Below, piece after piece: positions 59,990 through 64,000 of a stretch of 64,000 bases of DNA. Each line of letters starts with the position of its first letter. The stretch's first letter is position 1. The notes under the pieces are model-generated. The model saw only the letters and a program-made list of their open reading frames with translations, was not told the DNA's origin and did no database searches. The position numbers and the translations under genes were made by a program. The DNA comes from Algoriphagus sp. (GTDB lineage Bacteria; Bacteroidota; Bacteroidia; Cytophagales; Cyclobacteriaceae): NCBI GenBank assembly GCA_029945945.1, contig JAQSDM010000001.1, positions 25,705 to 89,704 of the forward strand, written 5' to 3'.

Positions 59990-61414
59990 ATGAAAATCAG
60001 AAACTTCATTTTCATGTCAGGCCTTATATTCAGCTGCCAGGAAAAACCTCAGGTTGACTTGCTAATAAAAAATGTCAACATAGTAGATATTGAAGGTGAT
60101 TCAATCCTGAGTTCTCAATATGTCCTGATCCAAGCAGATAGCATTTTTGCAATAGGAAACGAGGAGTTGGCAAACCAATACAATCCTGCTCAAATCATCA
60201 ATGGAGAAGGTAAATTTTTGATGCCCGGGCTTTGGGACAATCATGTGCATTTTGGTGGTGCAGAATACATCGACGAAAACGAGCAATTACTTCCGCTTTA
60301 CCTGGCATTTGGAGTGACTACCGTGCGAGATGCTGCAGGTGACATCAGCCTGGAGGTCTTGAAATGGCGGGATGAAATCAATGAAGGAAAGCGAATCGGT
60401 CCAAAAATTTTGACTTCAGGACCAAAAATAGAAGGAATTGAATCTATTTGGCCGGGAGATTTGGAAGTTGGTACGAGCGAGGAACTTGATTTAGCCTTGG
60501 ATTCATTGGAGAAACTGAAAGTTGATTTCGTTAAAATCACGGATAACACCATGAAGCCTGAGCTTTTCTTGGAAGCAATCGAGAAAGCCACCGCTCGTGG
60601 TTGGAGCGTTTCAGGTCATATTCCTGCTGCCCTGACCTTGGATCAGGCTTCCAAAGCCGGCCAAAAAACTGTTGAGCATCTTGGCTATATGCTTCGTGCC
60701 AGTACTCCAAAAGAATCAGAAATAAGCGCTGGCAGAGCTTCTGGCAAATTAACAGCGCAAGAAGCCATTGCCCTTCAAACGGAGACTTTGGATGATTCAG
60801 TGGCAATGGCAAATTTTCACCAATTGGCTTCTCAGGGAACAGGCGTGGTTCCTACCCTTTTGATCAGTTATAACATTGCCTACTTGGACGAAAACGAGTT
60901 TGAAAAAGATACTATCCTTAAGTATCTGGGACCAAAGCTGAAGGAAAGCTATCAATGGAGGATTCAGCGAATGGCGAACGACACACCTGAAGATAAGCAG
61001 AATCGCAAAACTGGATTTGAAGCGACAGCCAGATTATTACCGATTATTCAAAAGTCTGGAATGAAAATCATCGCCGGAACAGATGCAGGTTACCTTAATA
61101 CATACGATTACCCGGGATTGGCTATTCACCTTGAGCTCCAAAAATTCGTGGAATATGGACTTACTCCGAGAGAAGCCTTAATCGCTTCGGTCATTAATGG
61201 GCCTGGATATTTTGGATTGGAAAAAGAGTATGGTGCTGTGAAAATTGGAAAAAGCGCAAATCTGCTTTTGCTAAACTCAAATCCTTTAGAATCAATCATA
61301 TCCACCTTAGACATAAATGGAGTAATCAAGGATGGAGTTTTTTATTCCAGATCTGTTTTGGATCAAATGCTGGCCGAAATCAAAAAATGGGTTGCTGACA
61401 AAGAAGCCAACTAA
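59990..61414 (+). CDS. amidohydrolase family protein (metal-dependent hydrolase)
   Basis: 474 aa, probably a lipoprotein (LIFSC), with the HxH motif (LWDNHVHF) and a distal GTDAG. It starts 1 nt after the TetR stop. Confidence 0.8.
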   Translation: MKIRNFIFMSGLIFSCQEKPQVDLLIKNVNIVDIEGDSILSSQYVLIQADSIFAIGNEELANQYNPAQIINGEGKFLMPGLWDNHVHFGGAEYIDENEQLLPLYLAFGVTTVRDAAGDISLEVLKWRDEINEGKRIGPKILTSGPKIEGIESIWPGDLEVGTSEELDLALDSLEKLKVDFVKITDNTMKPELFLEAIEKATARGWSVSGHIPAALTLDQASKAGQKTVEHLGYMLRASTPKESEISAGRASGKLTAQEAIALQTETLDDSVAMANFHQLASQGTGVVPTLLISYNIAYLDENEFEKDTILKYLGPKLKESYQWRIQRMANDTPEDKQNRKTGFEATARLLPIIQKSGMKIIAGTDAGYLNTYDYPGLAIHLELQKFVEYGLTPREALIASVINGPGYFGLEKEYGAVKIGKSANLLLLNSNPLESIISTLDINGVIKDGVFYSRSVLDQMLAEIKKWVADKEAN

Positions 61415-61448
61415 CAAAAAAGACCCGGCTTTCACCGGGTCTTTTTTT
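61415..61448. terminator. bidirectional terminator (amidohydrolase / POT transporter genes)
   Basis: aaaaaa-agacccgg-ctttca-ccgggtct-ttttttt. Confidence 0.8.
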
Positions 61449-61461
61449 GAATTAAACTTTT

Positions 61462-63087
61462 TTAATGGACGTTGCCCATCATCTTTTTTATAATCGGACT
61501 GAGGACAAATAGCAAGGCAGCAGAACCAACAACAGTATAAACGATCATCAGGAATTGATCTGGCATAGCAGCCAATCCTTCTTCTGTCCCCCCACTCGCC
61601 TCACCGGCGATCAAACCTGCGAAAAGATTACCAAGTGCTATGGACATGAACCAAATGCCCATCATTTGACCGGCATAAGCTCTTGGTGCCAATTTGGTTA
61701 CTAAGCTCAGGCCAACAGGCGAAAGGCTCAACTCTCCAAATGTGTGGATCATGAAAGTCATGATCAGCCAGGTAGGAGCAGCAAGTTCCCCTGAGGCTGC
61801 GATTTTGGTTGCGAAATACATGACAAAGAAACCGACTCCCAGGAGCAATAAGCCAAAAGTGAATTTCAGAGGTGAACTTGGTTCGAGATGTCTTCTGCCT
61901 AACCAAACCCAAAGTGCACCGAAGAAAGGAGCGAAAATGATGACGAAGAGGGAATTGATCGATTGGAAATAACTGGTTGGAATTTCCCATCCTAAAATGG
62001 TTCTGTCCATAAATCGCTCTGCAAAAAGATTCAAAGTTGAACCAGCCTGCTCGAAACCAGACCAAAACATGGCTGAAAACAAGAATAAAATTGCAATCAC
62101 ACCTACCTTGTTTTTATCTGCTTTGGAAAGTCCTCCAAAGGCAATTACATATCCCAGATACCCAAAAGCCACTAAAGCGATAACGGTTCCTGATGCACTG
62201 GCTATCGCTGAAGCATTAACGGGAATCACTCCCATCAACAAAATTCCTACTAATGCGACTAGGATAATCACGACAACTGAAACGATTGATTTGAGTTTCT
62301 TTTGGCTTGTTCGATCCGCTTCAGTGGTGATTAACGGTGGTTCTCCGTACCCATCGAGCACCGCTCCGGAAAGTTTGTATTGAATCAATCCGAAAACCAT
62401 TCCCAAGCCAGCCAATCCAAATCCTAAATGCATATCATAAGTTGCCATAGTTCCGCAAGCCAAAGGAGCTATAAAACCTCCAATATTGATCCCCATGTAG
62501 AAAATAGAGAACCCCGCATCTCTTTTAGAGCTTCCGTCCGGATAGAGCTGGCCCACGATCGAGCTGATATTTGGCTTTAGTAATCCTGTTCCAACCACGA
62601 TTAAAATAAGTCCTAAGAAAAATGATGCGGTATCAATCGATGTTAATTCAGCTTTCTCACCTGATGAACCATTTAGCAAAGCTACAATCCCAGGCATCGC
62701 CATCATGAAATGGCCAAGGGCAATGATGATACCTCCGTACCAAACCGACTTCTTCAATCCAAAAAGACGATCAGCCAACCAACCCCCGGGAAGTGCAAGC
62801 AGGTAAACACCCATTGTGTAAAGCCCGTAAATCGCACCGGCGGTCTTGTCGTCAAATCCCAAACCGCCATCTATAATTGCCTTTGTCATGAAGAGAATGA
62901 GCAGAGCTCTCATTCCGTAGTAACTAAATCGCTCCCACATTTCTGTGAAAAAGAGAGTCATCAAACCTTTCGGGTGACCAAAAATTGTTGGCCCTTCAAA
63001 TTCAGGTGTAAGTTGTTTTTCCAAGGATTGTTTTATTTGGGTGAATTCATTTTTACAATGATACATGTTTTTACCACTTTTTTCCAA
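61462..63087 (-). CDS. proton-dependent oligopeptide transporter (POT/PTR2 family)
   Basis: 541 aa, polytopic, with the PTR2 signature GHPKGLMTLFFTEMWERFSYYGMRALL. Confidence 0.9.
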   Translation of the reverse strand: MEKSGKNMYHCKNEFTQIKQSLEKQLTPEFEGPTIFGHPKGLMTLFFTEMWERFSYYGMRALLILFMTKAIIDGGLGFDDKTAGAIYGLYTMGVYLLALPGGWLADRLFGLKKSVWYGGIIIALGHFMMAMPGIVALLNGSSGEKAELTSIDTASFFLGLILIVVGTGLLKPNISSIVGQLYPDGSSKRDAGFSIFYMGINIGGFIAPLACGTMATYDMHLGFGLAGLGMVFGLIQYKLSGAVLDGYGEPPLITTEADRTSQKKLKSIVSVVVIILVALVGILLMGVIPVNASAIASASGTVIALVAFGYLGYVIAFGGLSKADKNKVGVIAILFLFSAMFWSGFEQAGSTLNLFAERFMDRTILGWEIPTSYFQSINSLFVIIFAPFFGALWVWLGRRHLEPSSPLKFTFGLLLLGVGFFVMYFATKIAASGELAAPTWLIMTFMIHTFGELSLSPVGLSLVTKLAPRAYAGQMMGIWFMSIALGNLFAGLIAGEASGGTEEGLAAMPDQFLMIVYTVVGSAALLFVLSPIIKKMMGNVH

Positions 63088-63263
63088 AGTTCATCGCACC
63101 GTTAATCTGACCGATTTCCAAATTAATCTCCCATTTTTCAAGACATTTTTGAGAATTCTGTACAGGATAAAACAGTGAGACAAATAAAATTTTGATTTTA
63201 CAACGTAATCGATTGTAATGCTAAAAAATGAGGTTTTTTAATTTCAATTTTGACAGTTTTCAT

Positions 63264-63271
63264 TAATTTTG
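63264..63271 (+). promoter_or_regulatory. candidate -7 box (TAnnTTTG) for pckA
   Basis: TAATTTTG lies 36 nt upstream of the pckA ATG. Confidence 0.3.
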
Positions 63272-63306
63272 AGGAGACAATTTTCAGTTTTTAAACCCAA
63301 TATTTT

Positions 63307-64000
63307 ATGCAGGACTTAGTTCTGGATTCCCGAATCTCCTCTACTGCTTTTCTTGATTTTCAAACCAAGCGAAGCGAATTCTACAACCTATCGGCAGCAG
63401 AATTGATAGAGCAAGCCCTAGCCAGAAAGGAAGGCTATCTAACTTCCACAGGCGCTTTTATGGCTGACACTGGTAAGTTCACCGGAAGATCCCCTTTGGA
63501 TCGTTTTATTGTGTTAGATGACAAAACGCGTGATTCAGTTTGGTGGGGAGATATCAACATCCCTTTTGATTCCCGTAAATTCGAAGCCTTATTAGCCAAA
63601 ATGAAAACCTATCTGAGCGAAAAGGACCTTTTCGTAAGAGATGCATTTGCAGGAGCAGATCCAAATTACCGGATGAATGTCCGGGTGATCAACACTCTAG
63701 CTTGGCACAACCTTTTTTGCCAAAACATGTTCCTGAGGCCTACTGAGGAAGAACTGGAGAATTTTCAGCATGATTTCACCATAATTTGCGCTCCGGAATT
63801 CCATGCTGATCCTGAAAAAGACGGAACAAAAAATCCAAATTTTGCAATTTTGGATCTCACCCGAAGAATCATTTTGATCGGAGGAACCGGTTACGCGGGA
63901 GAAATGAAAAAAGGAATTTTTTCAGTTCTCAACTTCCTCCTTCCTCATGAGCGAAACGTGCTTTCCATGCATTGCTCGGCTAATCTTGGAAAAAATGGCG
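63307..64000 (+). CDS. pckA: phosphoenolpyruvate carboxykinase (ATP), 5' part; continues beyond the window end
   Basis: The frame is open from ATG 63307 to the window end. It contains GKFTGRSPLDRFIV and IGGTGYAGEMKKGIFS, typical of ATP-dependent PckA. Confidence 0.9.
   Translation, partial: MQDLVLDSRISSTAFLDFQTKRSEFYNLSAAELIEQALARKEGYLTSTGAFMADTGKFTGRSPLDRFIVLDDKTRDSVWWGDINIPFDSRKFEALLAKMKTYLSEKDLFVRDAFAGADPNYRMNVRVINTLAWHNLFCQNMFLRPTEEELENFQHDFTIICAPEFHADPEKDGTKNPNFAILDLTRRIILIGGTGYAGEMKKGIFSVLNFLLPHERNVLSMHCSANLGKNG

Overview
This 64-kb window looks like core chromosome of an AT-rich Bacteroidota genome, with Cytophagia/Cyclobacteriaceae-like gene content. I base that on the gene set, several TAnnTTTG-type -7 boxes and the absence of obvious Shine-Dalgarno sites. 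I can support about 50 protein-coding genes, densely packed on both strands. Recognisable housekeeping genes are smc, katG, hppD, murB, tyrS, a phosphoglucomutase-like mutase and the 5' part of pckA. There is a conspicuous set of secreted peptidases (M28, S9, M1, tricorn-like) together with peptide and amino-acid transporters (POT, AGCS). Three glycoside hydrolases are present (two GH2, one GH20), plus two unrelated fatty-acid desaturases, regulators (AraC, Crp/Fnr, BlaI, TetR, an orphan receiver) and many small hypothetical proteins. I see no rRNA, tRNA, CRISPR array, transposase, integrase or phage block, so this is not an obvious accessory island. The most unusual content is non-coding. Four intergenic loci between about 3.96 and 16.9 kb carry a mosaic family of structured repeats, all in the same orientation. 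I call the parts modules A, B and C, plus a GGGATTA-like heptamer tract and gtcattgcgagg...cgaagcaatc units. Their stems are conserved across copies through wobble and compensatory changes, and they contain GC-rich hairpins. One copy has been read into the 3' end of a gene. I cannot assign them to any RNA or mobile-element family from memory. Secondary candidates are a double palindrome upstream of katG, a small-gene array (38.3-40.7 kb) with an orphan receiver and a 61-aa ORF that is 62% Asp/Glu with no basic residue, and several tightly coupled gene pairs. All function calls come from motif recognition by eye. No database search was possible.
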